This document shows positions 23,268 to 37,029 of a stretch of DNA of 64,000 bases, in pieces (within the stretch, counting starts at the first letter, position 1; each line of letters begins with the position of its first letter). The stretch is from Octopus sinensis (Eukaryota). The position numbers and the translations under genes were made by a program. Below the pieces are notes generated by a model. The model did no database searches. It saw only the letters and a list, made by a program, of their open reading frames with translations, and was not told the DNA's origin. The DNA lies in the NCBI RefSeq assembly GCF_006345805.1, contig NC_043009.1:62124001-62188000 (forward strand), read 5' to 3'.

Positions 23268-23268
<1 letters not shown>
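22615..23268 (-). mobile_element. R4/Dong-like LINE, 5'-truncated 3' fragment
   Basis: HQWL..ETEGFIIAAQDQSL, CRVC..TIDHVVSGC..RHD, ILWNFSIQTDRKIDSNRPDIVIKD..LIDMSVP..IPVVIGALG; bordered by (AAT)n and (CAA)n/(AAT)n. Confidence 0.88.
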
Positions 23269-23338
<70 letters not shown>

Positions 23339-23459
23339 GTCTGTCGCTAAGTTACGAGTTCAAATTCCGCCGAGATCGGGGTCGATAAAATAAGAACTAG
23401 TTACACACTGGGGTCGATGAAATCGACTTAATCCCCTTTACCAAGCTGCCCTTGTGGCA

Positions 23460-24085
<626 letters not shown>

Positions 24086-24214
24086 TATATTCATCATTCA
24101 GTTCTGTTGCCATTTCTTGCCGAATTTCTTCCTGGCACGTAGGACAGTGAAATGCACTGTATAAATTGTTTGGCCATTAAAATAAACACACCAGATTGTT
24201 CATTTACAAAGTAA

Positions 24215-24625
24215 TGTGATAGAGTAGCATGTTGTATACCACGTCCTTCGTTTATCCCCAGGTATTTATAGCTTTCTTGTGGGTCAATCTCCTTGGTGGT
24301 AATGTCGGTATCTAATTTAATGGAAGCTGGTTGCTTGAGCTTGCCTTTTATAAAAGTTGCTTTAGCACCCCTATCAACGCCAAAATCCATCCCGATGTCA
24401 TCGCTGAACTCTTGAACAGCCCAACTAGCTTTCCGTCATTTCTCGCAAACAGCTTCAGATCGTCCATATAAAACAGATGGTTTACAATAGTATTATACAC
24501 TTTGAATCCATACATGATGTTACTCAGTTCGTTTGAGAGTGGGATCAGTGCCATGCAAAAGGGTAATGGGGAGAGGGAGTCACCTTGAAAGATGCCTCGT
24601 TTGATGTTGATTTCAGCGTCAGGTA
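24215..24625 (-). mobile_element. R4/Dong-like reverse transcriptase fragment
   Basis: IKRGIFQGDSLSPLPFCMALIPLS, NHLFYMDDLKLFA, MDFGVDRGAKATF, YKYLGINEG. Confidence 0.88.
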
Positions 24626-25179
24626 ATCATTTATTCTTAATGTTGTCTCTACGTACATTACTTAATTTCTTTTTTCATCTATGTATCTCTGTACTTCGTT
24701 GCCTACTAAGTTTCCCCATAAAGTGTACGTTTGTACAATAAGGTTATTGTTTGGGTTTAGTTGGGCTGTATAGAAAGCTTTCAACACAACTCTATAATCC
24801 TCTCTAGTCCATTATATGTGTTTTGCTTTAGGTGGTGCTTTTGGTGGTGTCACTACAGGTCTAGGATTAGGGTTGCCTGGTTCTTGTTAAACTGGTAGTT
24901 GGTTTTTTTTTTTTGAGAGCTTGTCCTCGCAGCAGACTTTCAACTCCAGTCTGGTTCCTTACTGGGTAACGCGGTCCTTGTCCCGGGAGATGACCGATTC
25001 GGCATGAGTTTTGGTTTGTCATTAAAGCATTGACGGTGATAATAGGAGGCGAGTCTGTTTGTTCAGGGTTGACTTTTTGACCTGACACCGCTTCCTTGTC
25101 CTTCGAATGGATATATTTGTCTTATCGTAGGCTGATAAATTGAAAATCGCCTGTATATTTTTATGTAGCTATGTTTCCG

Positions 25180-25445
25180 GGCACATTTTTTCACGCTAAG
25201 AGTTGCTGAAGCATGGAACAAACTGCCGGCATCAGTTGTTAGTTGACGGAGCACTGCATCCTTCAAAACTTCCATGCTTCCTGAGATTCGCCAACACTAC
25301 ACTTGATTTTCTCCCCTCCATACACACACAAGCGTGTATCTGACTCATACATTGTTCGCTTTCCAGACATTTGTACATTACTGCATGTACTTTATATGCA
25401 CTTTCTGACAAGTTGTGGTGCACCTGAGCACTGCATACAATTAAT
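25180..25445 (+). mobile_element. CR1-clade LINE 3' end
   Basis: Homologous to 10010-10365. Confidence 0.8.
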
Positions 25446-25971
25446 TCATTATTATTATTTATAATTGTTTACTGATATTTTAAGCGGTGACTAATTTGCT
25501 CCTTTTTATATTCGTTTGTGGGAAATCGCTTTGCTTTTGTTTGATTAGGCGTCGCTCGTGACACCTGTTTTTCTTTTATTTTCTGTGTGTATATGTGTAT
25601 GTCGTGTTGGCATTATTTATATTGCTTGTAAATATAATTTTTTTCACATTGACGTATGGTCAGTTGCATGTATAGGTAATTATTCAATTTACGTACGTAC
25701 TGTGTAATTGGTGTGGTTTCCCGGGGTTCCTGGTGCTGGTTTCGACGTCTGGAGTATTTCGCATTGAGATATCGCGCATTTAAGAAAGAAACTACACTAT
25801 TTAACAAAAATCTTGCCCATATTTTAAAATCCTTTGATTTAACAGAACTTTTCTCCACAGTTGTATCGCGAAGATTTCTTTCCATTGAACCGGTGTTATT
25901 GGAATAAGTTTGTTTTTTGGAGAGAGCTCCTTAGTGTACGTCCAAGCTGTTATTTAGCCCAGAGCTTCTTC

Positions 25972-25990
25972 CTTATTATTATTATTATTA

Positions 25991-26025
<35 letters not shown>

Positions 26026-26062
26026 GTATTCTTCTTCTTCTTCTTTTTCTTCTTCTTCTTAC

Positions 26063-26157
<95 letters not shown>

Positions 26158-26212
26158 TATTATTATTATTATTATTATTATCATTATTATTATTATTATT
26201 ATTATTATCATT
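25972..26212. repeat. (TTA)n/(TTC)n compound microsatellite
   Basis: Direct reading. Confidence 0.95.
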
Positions 26213-26214
26213 TT

Positions 26215-27060
26215 AACTATTCAATGTTTGGTAGACCGAGGCAAATTTCTACTGCAGCTCCGTGTCGCAGGGGTGTGTGCTCTTTTCTGCTGTTGAGAGT
26301 GTGCAAACTCTTCCCGGAACTGTATTATGTTAGCTTTTTTCCTTGAGGTGTGGTGCTATCTTTGGTTGTGTTACTGTTTGTATTGGGTGTTGAGTGTGTA
26401 ATGCTGGATGGAGTTTATTTCACTGGCTAAATGTTGTATAGAGTGTGTCTTGTCTTTGTGGGTTGTCCTATTTAGGATTGATAGTGTCTTGCGTAGGATG
26501 TGGGCTGTTCCTAGTAGGGCTATTTTTTGGACAGTGTGTAATTTTGAGGATCCAGGTATTGTTTCTACATTTTTGCTCATATGATTTTTTATCATTCCCA
26601 ATGCTCCAGTTATTATTGGTATTGTTTTTGCTTTCATGCCCTACATTTTTGACTTCTCCACTTTATTTTTTTGACAATATTTTGATCGGTTGGAACTGCA
26701 ATGTCTATCAGTAAGCAGGTGTTTTTCCCTAATCGTTGACTGTTATGTCTGGGCGATTAGCTTTTATTTCTTTGTCGGCTTGAACCGGCACATCTCAGAT
26801 GATTCTGGCCTGATCCTTGTCTTGTACCTTGCTTGGTTCATGCTTATATCACCAACTGTCAGTTTTGATGCTGTAATGTTAGATTATTGTCCAGTGGATA
26901 TAACTGCTTACTTTGCCGTGTCTGTATACATATTCAGACTTGGCAAGGACTGGGCAGCCCGAGATGATGGGGTCAATTGTCTCATTGTGCTTGTTGCACA
27001 TTCAGCTTTTGGCGTTGAGGCCCGTTTTCATTATTTTGTTTTTATAATTGTTTGTAGTCA
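26215..27060 (-). mobile_element. R4/Dong-like LINE 3' fragment with 3' UTR
   Basis: TIDPIISGCPVLAKSEY, KEIKANRPDIT, TIPIITGALGMIK..QKIALLGTAHILRKTLS; the 3' UTR runs into (AAT)n. Confidence 0.82.
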
Positions 27061-27161
27061 GGCATTGGTCTTGTGCAGCGAAAATCAGCCATTACATTTC
27101 GGCCTTTGGTCCAGAGCTTTTGAGCCATTGTTGGCTTTTACTTAGTCCAACCTTAAGCAAC

Positions 27162-27863
27162 CTTTATTCAGGGACCTTTTGAGCGGGATGGGCTACTCGA
27201 TCTGAAGAAAATTTTAACTGGGCCTCACCTGCAAGATCATGCGATGTTTATATTGATATGAGATCACCATGTCGCGCACATTTGGTTGTGATGCATGTGC
27301 CTGGTGTAGCCTTATCTGACGGTTAGTCATGATGGGTATAGTGGGCCTCATATATTTGTACCCCAATGTCACTTTGATGGTATGCACTGCTCTCTCACTC
27401 AATGATAATAATAATAATAATATGCTCTCTACCACAGATTTGCTTGTCAGTGGTTTGACTTTAACCAGTTGAGCATGTCCCTTAGTGGCTGACGATATGT
27501 GCATCTCTGATCACGAGCAGAAGTAGTGGGGGAGCATCATAGCCATGTGTTGAGGGGGATTCTTTGGGGTTTGAATAATTCACCCCTGGAAACATGGGTG
27601 GTTCTTTCAACATCCTTAAACAACCCTTATTCAGGGACCTTTTGAGCGGGATGGGCTACTCAACCTGAAGAAAATTCTAACTGGACCCCACCTGCAAGGT
27701 CATGTGCTGTTTATCTTGATATGAGATCACCATGTCGCGCACATATGGTTGTAATCCATGTGCCTGGTGTACCATTATCAGACGGGTAGTCATGATGGGT
27801 ATAATGGGCCTCGTATATTTGTACCCCAATGTCACTTTGATGGTATGCACTGCTCTCTCACTC
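27162..27863 (+). mobile_element. Two adjacent 5'-truncated copies of the about 560-bp (AAT)n-tailed element
   Basis: 27162-27400 and 27431-27863 each end ctctctcactc followed by (AAT)n. Confidence 0.82.
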
Positions 27864-27867
27864 AATG

Positions 27868-27919
<52 letters not shown>

Positions 27920-28179
27920 TTTCTTTTATTGTCCACAAGGACCCAGAACATGGAGGACAATTTCGAAGTTACAGCAAAAAAATTACAAAAACATGTGGGG
28001 TTAACATCAATCAAATGGAGATACTACCACATGAAAGGATATAACAGAGGATATATAGCAGAAAATAGAGAAATGAATAAATAATTTCCACAATATTGAA
28101 GCGTCAGAGGCTTGCTGGAGATTATTTGAGTTTCCAAGTCAGCAAAGGCAGCCTGCTGTTGAATGCTTATCGATACACT

Positions 28180-30240
28180 TGCCAGATCGATAGATGATTG
28201 TGTTTAATCCGAATCATTCACAAGAAGCTTTACCAAATAATAGATCGACCAAATTGACAGTATATTTCAAGATGAATGAAGAAAATCTCCCAGCAAAAGA
28301 TATCCTCTATTTTGACTTTCCACAACATTATACTTGGTGTAGCAATAATAAAAGTTGGAGGAGAAGAGTTAGATAAAGTAACGATATTCCAGAAGCTATC
28401 TTATCTTAGTCTATTACTTCAACATAAAGCGGGGGCGACAAGCTTTGAAAATTAACAGTGTTGTTAGCGAACATTTTAAGCACGCATATTAAATGATGAA
28501 TCTATTAGAAAATGATCAAGAATGGGAACGTTGTCTAAATGAGGCAAGAACAATATGTTCGGCGAATGATTTACGAATTTTGTTTGTCAGTATTCTTCAG
28601 TTTTGCTCTCCATGTAGACCACTAGAATCATACAACATGTTTCGTGAAGATCTTTGCCAGGATCACTTCCACCAAATGAGACAACACAATTTTTCTGATG
28701 AAGCAGCTTTGGATATTGCACTGAATCATATGCTGTGTGAAGTGGATCATCGCATGGATTGCCTGCTGCTATTTATTATCTCCGAATGAACAATGTTCTA
28801 CTTCATGAAGATGAGATGGATCCAAATGCAGAAGAATCTTTCAATGCTAGCATCCATATGTTAAATAATGACCAGAGAATCATTTTTCAAAAATATTCAA
28901 CAGAAAATTGATAGAAATGAAGGTGGTTTGATATTTATTGATGCACCTGAGGGTACTGGCAAAGCTTTTCTTCTTAATATATTACTGTCTTATATGCATA
29001 AAAACACCCAACTAGCTATTGCGACAGCGTCATCAGGCTTTGCTGCGACACTATTGAAGCTAGGTCGCACTGCTCGCTCTCGATTCAAGCTCCCCATATC
29101 GGTAAACTGTAATTCAAAATTCAAAATATCTCCTTTTGATGTCACTGGCCGTTTGCTTCCTGATGCCCGCTTGATTGTTTGGGACGAGGCACCCATATGT
29201 CATCGTTGTCTATTTGAAGCTCTGAATCGAACACTGAAGGATGTAATGAACAACGACTTGATCTTTGGTGGCTAATTGATAATTTTAGGTGGTAATTTCC
29301 GTCAAATTCTTCCAGTGGTTCGAAGAGCACAAAGGTCTTCTCTAATTAGAGCTTGTTTGAATGCGAAGTACTTCATCTCACCATGAATATGAAAGTGCAA
29401 AACTGTCTCAGCAATAATGATACCACCTCTCAAGCTCGACTGACATATCATTCTGTTTGGTTATTGTAAATTGGTGATGGAAGAACCCCCAATGTTCAAA
29501 GACAATTATATGATGAAGTAACAGAGATTCCTCAGCAATTTTAAGTCAACAGCACGGAGGATTTTATCAACCATGTCTATGAAGATTTAGAGGTTAATTT
29601 TAGCAATGCCCAATGGTTATCATTACGTGAAATATTAACAACAAAGAATGAAGAAGTCAGCAATCTAAATAACCATATAATCCAGAAATTTTCAAGTGAG
29701 ATATATACTCTGATGAGTATTGATTCCGTTGCAGAACATCAACAATCTGCTATCTATCCTCCTAAATTTCTGAATTCTCTTAATATAAGTGGCATGCCAC
29801 CTCACATTATCAACTTAAAAACGGGTGTTCCTATAATGTTGCTAAGAAACTGAGATCAGAGAAATGGACACTACAATGGCGCACGTTATAGAGTGTTAGG
29901 GTTAGGGTTAAGGTTAGAACGTGTAGACAGACGTTATAGAGTGTTATCGGTGTCAGATAATATAACCACTGCAAGTAAAATAACTGGTGTTGATGCAGGA
30001 CGCACACTTTTGATTCCCCGCATTATTCTGCAACCATCTGATACCGATTTGCCCTTTACTTTGAAAAGACGCCAATTTCCAGTGAGACCTGCTTTCGCAA
30101 TGTCTATAAACAAAAGTCAAAGACAAAGCCTTTCTAAGTGCGGCATCTATATGCCCGCGTCCGTATTTACTCACGGCCAGTTATATGTCGGAATCAGTAG
30201 AGTTGGGGATCCAGTGAATCTTAAAATATTTGCTGATTAA
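28180..30240 (+). pseudogene. Helitron RepHel relic (PIF1-family helicase), frameshifted
   Basis: STKLTVYFKMN..LYFDFPQHYTW; LLENDQEWERCLNEA; FIDAPEGTGKAFLL (Walker A); TASSGFAATLL; IVWDEAP; RRQFPVRPAFAMSINKSQRQSL; VFTHGQLYVGISRV. Confidence 0.92.
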
Positions 30241-30279
30241 AAAGAATTTACCAGATCAGGAACAAGTAGACGTCATAAT

Positions 30280-30290
30280 TAATAATAATA

Positions 30291-30352
<62 letters not shown>

Positions 30353-30353
30353 A
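30280..30353. repeat. (AAT)n(GAT)n microsatellite
   Basis: Direct reading. Confidence 0.95.
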
Positions 30354-31584
30354 AGTATGTTTCATTACTACTGTTATTCACAATATTTTGCTTTTTCATT
30401 GTCACTAATATGAGTTGGCGATTATCAGGTTGCGCAATTACCAGTATTTTTATTGTGACACCACAACTAGCAGTATTATCGATCAGGACATTGGGGAGAT
30501 TCCAACCACTTCCTTTCATTATTATTATCATTTTTTCCTCCTTCTTTCTTCAAAACATTAGCGCTCTGGACAAAATACTTAACGGTATTTCGCCGGTCGC
30601 GATGTCAACTTTGCCTTTTATTCTTACAGGGTCGATAAAATAAGTACCAGTCGAGTACTGAAGTCGATGTAATCGACTCATCACCTCCCCCAAAAAACTA
30701 CTGGCCTTGTTTTGCTTGTTTTTCTGTGGACAAGGTATCTCAAGAACGGTTGGATAAATTCGGATGACACTATCAGGAATGTTTGGCCTCGTGATTGGCA
30801 CGAACTGATTAGATTTTGGGATAGATCCGAGAATTCTGGATTATTTTTCCTGTTTTTTACTTACTTTTTGAGAGGGGTTGGATTCATTTTTAGTATTTTC
30901 GTTTGTGAGAGCAGTCGAGTTTATTTAGATATTCTCATTTTAAAACTCATCTCTGGCTAATCGTTGAGAGTACATTGGTGTTGAATTGGCGGAGGTTTGC
31001 GCTCCCTGAGTACTCTTGTTATTGACTTTTAATCTGCATGTTTGTTACAATCATTTACCGAGATACACCCAGCGTTCTAAGGCGAGTGAAGGATAAGAGG
31101 TGCTACAGTATGACTGAAAGCTCGAGGAGGGGAAGTGGCAGAGGCAGTAGCTTTAAGTAGCTTTAAGTAATACAACACAGACATTCAAATGGACAGGGTT
31201 TTTCTAAGGATGTGGGCAGTACTTGTCAGTACAATCTTTTGGATTTCTCTGAGACATGGTCCTCCTTTTTTTAGTTTGTTCCTTCTCGAGCCATGCATGG
31301 CTCATAAGGGCCGGTTTCCCGGTTTCCTTGGTGTATAGGTTCCCCACCTGGACGGGATGCCGATCCGTTGCAGGTGAGCTGCAAGATACAGGAGGAAAAA
31401 GTGAGAGAAAGTTGTGGCGAAAGAATCAGCAGAAGTTCGCCATTACCTTCTGCCGGAGCCGAGTGGAGCTTAGGTGTTTTCGCTCATAAACACACACATC
31501 GCCCGGTCTGAGATTCGAACCCGCGATCCTTCGACCGCGCTTCCGCTGCTCTAACCACTCGGCCATGTGCCTCCACACATGGTC

Positions 31585-31880
31585 CTCCTGGGATATTATC
31601 CAGATGTTTTTTGGCACCCCTGTTCCTGTTATTGTGGGTGCCCTGAGTATGATAAGAAATTATCATACCCAGGGCACCCACAATAAAAGGAACAGTTTTC
31701 ACTTTAAGATGCCACATCTTTTGTATTTCGATTTCTAGGTCCTTATATTTACTTAATTTATCAAATTCCTTCGCAGATATGTTTTTATCAGTGGGAACAC
31801 TTACATCTATCAGTCTACAAATATTTTCTTCCCTGTCTTTAATGACTATGTGTGGTCGATTAGCCTGGACTGCAATGACA
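31585..31880 (-). mobile_element. R4/Dong-like REL endonuclease fragment
   Basis: QANRPHIVIKDREENICRLIDVSVPTDKNISAKEFDKLSKYKDLEIEIQKMWHLKVKTVPFIVGALGMI. Confidence 0.88.
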
Positions 31881-32439
31881 TGGAGAAAGAAGAGCTGAAC
31901 GATTGATGAATCACAGTGACAAAAGGGGGTAGGCGAAACAGGAGGAGAGTACATAGCCCCACCCCAAGAAATCAACAAAAACCTAATTCTGAAACCACAA
32001 CTGCAACACAATTCACAACTACTCAGACAAAAACAACAAAAACAAGATCAACAACTTCAGACAGCAACATCATCAACAACAGCATGAAATCCATAAACAC
32101 AGAAACAACCAATTACATCGACTTCAAAATTATTCATGAGTCTGTAGACGAAATGTATCCATCAATTTCACTGTTGTGACTACGTCTAACAGTGAATTGA
32201 TGAATTTTGTAAGTCAACCCCAAAACAAAATAGAGACAGAGAGAAAGGAATTTGAGGATGAAATCCTCATAACCCCCATGGGCAGACCTTTAGTTAAAAC
32301 GTCGTCAGACGTTTATAAAACTATAATAGAAAAGTTCCCAGGTAGTGTAGGGATTAAAAAAAAATTTGTTCATAAAAAGCTGTTGGAAGGGCCTTTTAAG
32401 AAATTTTTATCGGTAGATAAGCCCCGCAATACTTAATAT

Positions 32440-33270
32440 TTACAGAGGATTTGTTGCTGGGAAGTGCAATGACATCCTCGAGGAGACCCTAGGCGTCGAC
32501 GAAGACGAACTGGCAAGTCTATTCGGGAGGGCCTTTCGGTCGGGGACTGTTATAGACAATTTTCAGATGCCTTTGGCCTGGTAGTGCTACCTGAGGGCGC
32601 TATCTGTACGAGACGGGCTTGTCCTAGGTGCTCGCAGAGCGACGAAACCTTTCTGCAAGCACTCGTTTAGTGTCTGGGCATTGCTGACTCGTGGAGTTAC
32701 GTCGAACAGCTGCTGTCGCATGTAGGACGGATCCATATATCAGCCGAGTCCATAATGATGATTGCCCCACCGCCCTCCTTTAATCGGGCAGGCAAGGCAG
32801 TTTTCCTTTGTCTGATGACTGTGGTGGAAGAGGTTATCTGATGGACGAGACTGAAAGGAATGAGGACAGAGACTTCCTCTTTGGTAAAGCCCTCATCGAC
32901 TTTTTCAAGTTTCACTTGAAAAGGAAAGTGAGGGTGGAGAGGAAGGTGCTATCCTCGAGTGAATTCATGAAAAGATGGGTGAAAATTGCGAAAATGGCAA
33001 GAGTGTACCAATCTCAGTGTAGACCTGTGAGTCGGAAAAAAGAAGCTGGAGAGAGCTCTTGTTCTTGGTATTCAGGGTAATCTTGGATGTACCAGGAGGA
33101 CCCCATCACTATCACTTGTTTCCTCTTTTTCTAATGTCTTATGTTCATCGTGTATACTTTATATTTTATCATTCCATTACATGTAAACCCCCACACTTTA
33201 TGTCTGTCTTTGTATTCTCCTCCTCATCCTTCGCCCTGGTGACAAATAAAAGAAATCATTATTATCATTA
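32440..33270 (+). mobile_element. L1/Tx1-like LINE 3' fragment (ORF2 C-terminal zinc knuckle and 3' UTR)
   Basis: Reading across frameshifts gives RRACPRCSQSDET...WSYVEQLLS...LIDFFKFHLKRKVRVERKVLSSSEFMKRW; 3' UTR homolog at 44270-44520 (-). Confidence 0.6.
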
Positions 33271-33347
33271 TAATCATCAATAATATTAATACGCTTAATT
33301 ATGTTGGTTTTTGTCCGTACTTGTAGTGTGTGTCACACTTATTTCAA

Positions 33348-33520
33348 AGCGAGAGAGAGAGAGGACAGAGAGGAAGTAAATGAGAAATAGAGGAAGTAAG
33401 AGAGAAAGAGAGAGGGTGAGAAAGAAAGAGAAAGTGTGAGAGAGAAAGAGAGAGTGAGAGAGAGAGAGAAAGCGAGAAAGAGAGAGTGAAAGACAGAGAG
33501 TGAAAGAGACAGTGAGTGGT
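33348..33520. repeat. Degenerate (GA)n purine tract
   Basis: Direct reading. Confidence 0.9.
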
Positions 33521-35143
33521 GACGGCGTTCATATTGTGTTTTTAATGTTTATCACATTGCAAGAAAAGTAGATACATAGATCCAGAGTAAAGTTGATAAA
33601 TAGATACAAACATAGATTGTTAAATTAAAAGTGGGAGAGAGGAGGGACACAGAGGAAGTGTAAGAGAAAGAGAGAAAGTGAGAGACAGTAGATACATAGA
33701 TCGAAAGAAAAGTTATAGTTACATAAACACAGCAAATATTGGATGCCACTTTCACTTTTCATTTCCACACGAGGATAAAATTAACTCGCAAGTGGCTGAG
33801 TACTGCACAGACATGCATATCATTAACATAGTTCTTAGGGACATTCAGTCATACAGAATATGACAAGCTACATATTCTGTGTGACTCATTTTGGCTAACT
33901 GAGTGGACTGCAGCAAGCGAAACTTGCAAGTGGTTGGAAGAAAACGAAAAAAAGATCCTACATAGGGGCAGGAAAATCTTTTTAGTCGTTAGGGTCTCTA
34001 TAGGTGTTAATCCGGTCCTAACAGCGGCATTTGTGGGTCTCACAGATGTGGAGGCCAATCCCCCTGATAAACATCGATGCGCTGGCTATTGTTATCAAAC
34101 TGAGCGTGAGTCGAGGGCGAGTACACGACGGAATAGCAATTATTTCGTCTAAGCTTTCACTGCTTATACTAAACACACGACATTTTTGCCTTACCATATG
34201 GAACATTACCTTTTCTTTCACTCAATAAATGGTACTCCGTCGGTTATGACGACGTGGTTTCTGTTTATCTGATCAACGAACAGTCTGCTCGTAAAATTAA
34301 TGCACAAGTGGCCGAGTACTCCACAGACATACTACCATAAGGTCGTCCTCGGGGAGATTCAACCTCACACAGAATGGCCCTTTGAATTACAGCTACAACT
34401 CATTTTTGCCACCAGAGTGGACTGCAGCAAGGTGAAGTAGAGTACCTTGCTAAAAAACACAGCGCGCCGCAGGGAATCGTACTTGTGACTTTACGACCTT
34501 GGGTCGAATACACTTGACCACTGAGCCACGCACCTTCATTCCCTTAACCGTAGAGAAAAGGGGTGAAGCAACATAGACAACTAAAGGAAAGCCTCAGTCA
34601 TTTACAATGACAATTAGATTGAAATACGATCGATCTTTTCTATCTTCTTTACTTTTAACAATGAAGAAGAGGGAAAGACGTTTAGTAATGAATAGGGGAA
34701 GTCTTTCAGGTGTTTACGCTTTTATTCTGGGAGTTCTAGAACGATCGACTGTTAGTTTTCTCTTCTTTCCCTCACCCCTGGTACTTATTCGCCGTCTTTC
34801 ATAGTTCTTCATGTCTTTTAGTTGGGCGGGGGGAAGACCATGTTTTTTTTTCAGGTAACGTTTTCTCTACAAACTACAAACAAGCGCCCACCGCCCTTTG
34901 TTGTTGTTTTTTTTTCATACAAAAGCTAATGCAAATTTCGAACGGCGTATAGCTCCGAAAAGAGCCCAGAAAAATGGGTAGTACCTCCAACAAAATGGGT
35001 GGGGGAGAAAAGTTGCCAACAGGTGGCTACACGAAATTCAACTCTATACTTTAAAGAGTGTCTTCTACTATAGCCTCGGACCGACCAACGCCTCGTGTGT
35101 AAATTTAGTAGATGAAAACTGAAAGAAGCCTGTCATATATATA

Positions 35144-36410
35144 CAGGGTGCGAGGAATATTTGAGGACAGTTTTGGTATGCAATAAAACAACTATATTTC
35201 AGCATAAATAAATATGTATTTGAATAAACTTTTGTGCATTTTGTCTCAATACTGATTTTTAAGCAAATTATTCTATAAAACTGCCTTCGGTTTCGATGAC
35301 TGCTTCAAGGCAGGACTGAAACCACTGGCATGCTGACACTATATGGTCCTTATTTATTTTGGACATCACCTGGACAATGGCGGCCTTCAGTGAAGCTATG
35401 TTATTATGAGGATGACGATTAGTCTCTCTTTCAACAGCGCTCCACACGTAGTAGTCCATGGGATTCAAATTTGGCGAGTTTGGATGCCGCACATTGTGTG
35501 TTACATAATCGTAAAGATTGTCTGACAACCATTCTTGGGTGACTAGGGCGATGTGAGAAGGTGCTGAGTCTTGTTGAAATACCTATGGCCTTCCATTGCA
35601 TACTTCATTGATCCATGGCTTGATAACAGTTTCCAGTACCTCAATGTATCCAGTAGCATTAATTCGAAGATCCCGTTGAAAGATGTGGGGAGGCATCATA
35701 TGACCTTCGCTACTCACCACTCCTAAAACCATCACAGTTGCTAGAAATTTTGTGTGCATCATTCTGGGTACTTTAGAGGATCTGCACATAACCACCTGTC
35801 ATTTCTTCTGTTAGGCTTTTGATGCTGGTCAAAATCTTTTCTTCAGAGAAAAACCAAAGTATGCCTTGTTCACGAGGGTTTTTCACTTTGTTAAATAACC
35901 GTTTTGAACGAATGAAACGGTTTGTCTGTGTCTTTGCAGACACGAATTGGCCTTTCTTCATTTCATAGGATTTGTATCGAATATCAATCACTACGTACCA
36001 CAGTTCTGATAGTTCACTCTGACACCCGAAGTGCTTTAGCGACGGACATCATTGAACTTCATGAGTTTTCATTAATAATGTTTCGAACATGTGTTATAAA
36101 TTCCGGTGTCCTTTTAGTGTTTGAGCGTTGTGAATGTTTTTTTTTCTCTCTGATACAGATGAAACATTAGCATCATATGCCTCCAATTCCAACCGAACTT
36201 TGTGTAGAAATGAACTTGCAGCATTTAGAAAGTTGGTAATTTCTAAATCACTGTGGTTTGCATGTGTAGCAACTATGACTGCATATATTTTCATTTCTTG
36301 AGTTAGCACGATATCTTGAAAGGTTTATCTGGAAAAAACATGATGCATTAAATAATTTGAAGGTGCAATGAGCTAAAATCAAAATGTCCTCAAATACCCC
36401 TCGCACTCTG
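35144..36410 (-). mobile_element. Full-length degenerate Tc1/mariner DD37D (maT-type) transposon, 1267 bp
   Basis: Imperfect TIRs CAGGGTGCGAGGAATATTTGAGGACA / CAGAGTGCGAGGGGTATTTGAGGACA with TA on both flanks. Frameshifted transposase WFFSEEK..FQQDSAP-(37 aa)-NPMDYYVW; D-to-D spacing counted as 37. Confidence 0.92.
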
Positions 36411-36448
36411 TATGTATGTATATATATATATATATATAATATATATAT

Positions 36449-36571
<123 letters not shown>

Positions 36572-36574
36572 AAT

Positions 36575-36860
36575 ACAATTGCAGCGTGGAAGGTGTTTAT
36601 AAGCCATTTAAGAAACACACAAAAGCCGTTCGATTCACTTCAACATTTAAGTTTAATTTGTCAAAATATTTTCGTCGCTAAAATCCGCGACCTGTTCACT
36701 GACAAAAATCCGTGATGGAGCACGGATTTTTGTCAGTGAAGAGGTCGCGGATTTTAGCGACGAAAATATTTTGACAAATTAAACTTAAATGTTGAAGTGA
36801 ATCGAACGGCTTTTGTGTGTTTCTTAAATGGCTTATAAACACCTTCCACGCTGCAATTGT
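36575..36860. repeat. Palindrome with 140-bp arms, 6-nt loop and a single mismatch; each arm has a hammerhead-like motif
   Basis: 36575-36714 is the reverse complement of 36721-36860 except G36694/G36741; loop ATGGAG. Confidence 0.96.
36659..36704 (-). ncRNA. Minimal hammerhead-like motif with G3-C8 core
   Basis: tgtca GTGAACA G gtcgc ggatttta gcgac GAAA ATATTT tgaca: 5-bp stem I, 5-bp stem II, palindromic AAATATTT stem III. Confidence 0.6.
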
Positions 36861-36916
36861 TTTCGTTTCAGCACACGATCTCAGATCAAATTACTTGGTA
36901 TGCGAGTACATCTCCG

Positions 36917-36980
<64 letters not shown>

Positions 36981-36985
36981 ATAAT

Positions 36986-37029
<44 letters not shown>

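Noticed and set aside
25600-25950. 90-aa and 64-aa ORFs as a host exon
   Set aside because: Alternative minus-strand frames show NMGKIF and ITYTCN, resembling a decayed Penelope linker; too weak to annotate either way.
27195-27215. CTGAAGA within the 560-bp (AAT)n-tailed element
   Set aside because: No stem II plus GAAA follows; not a hammerhead.
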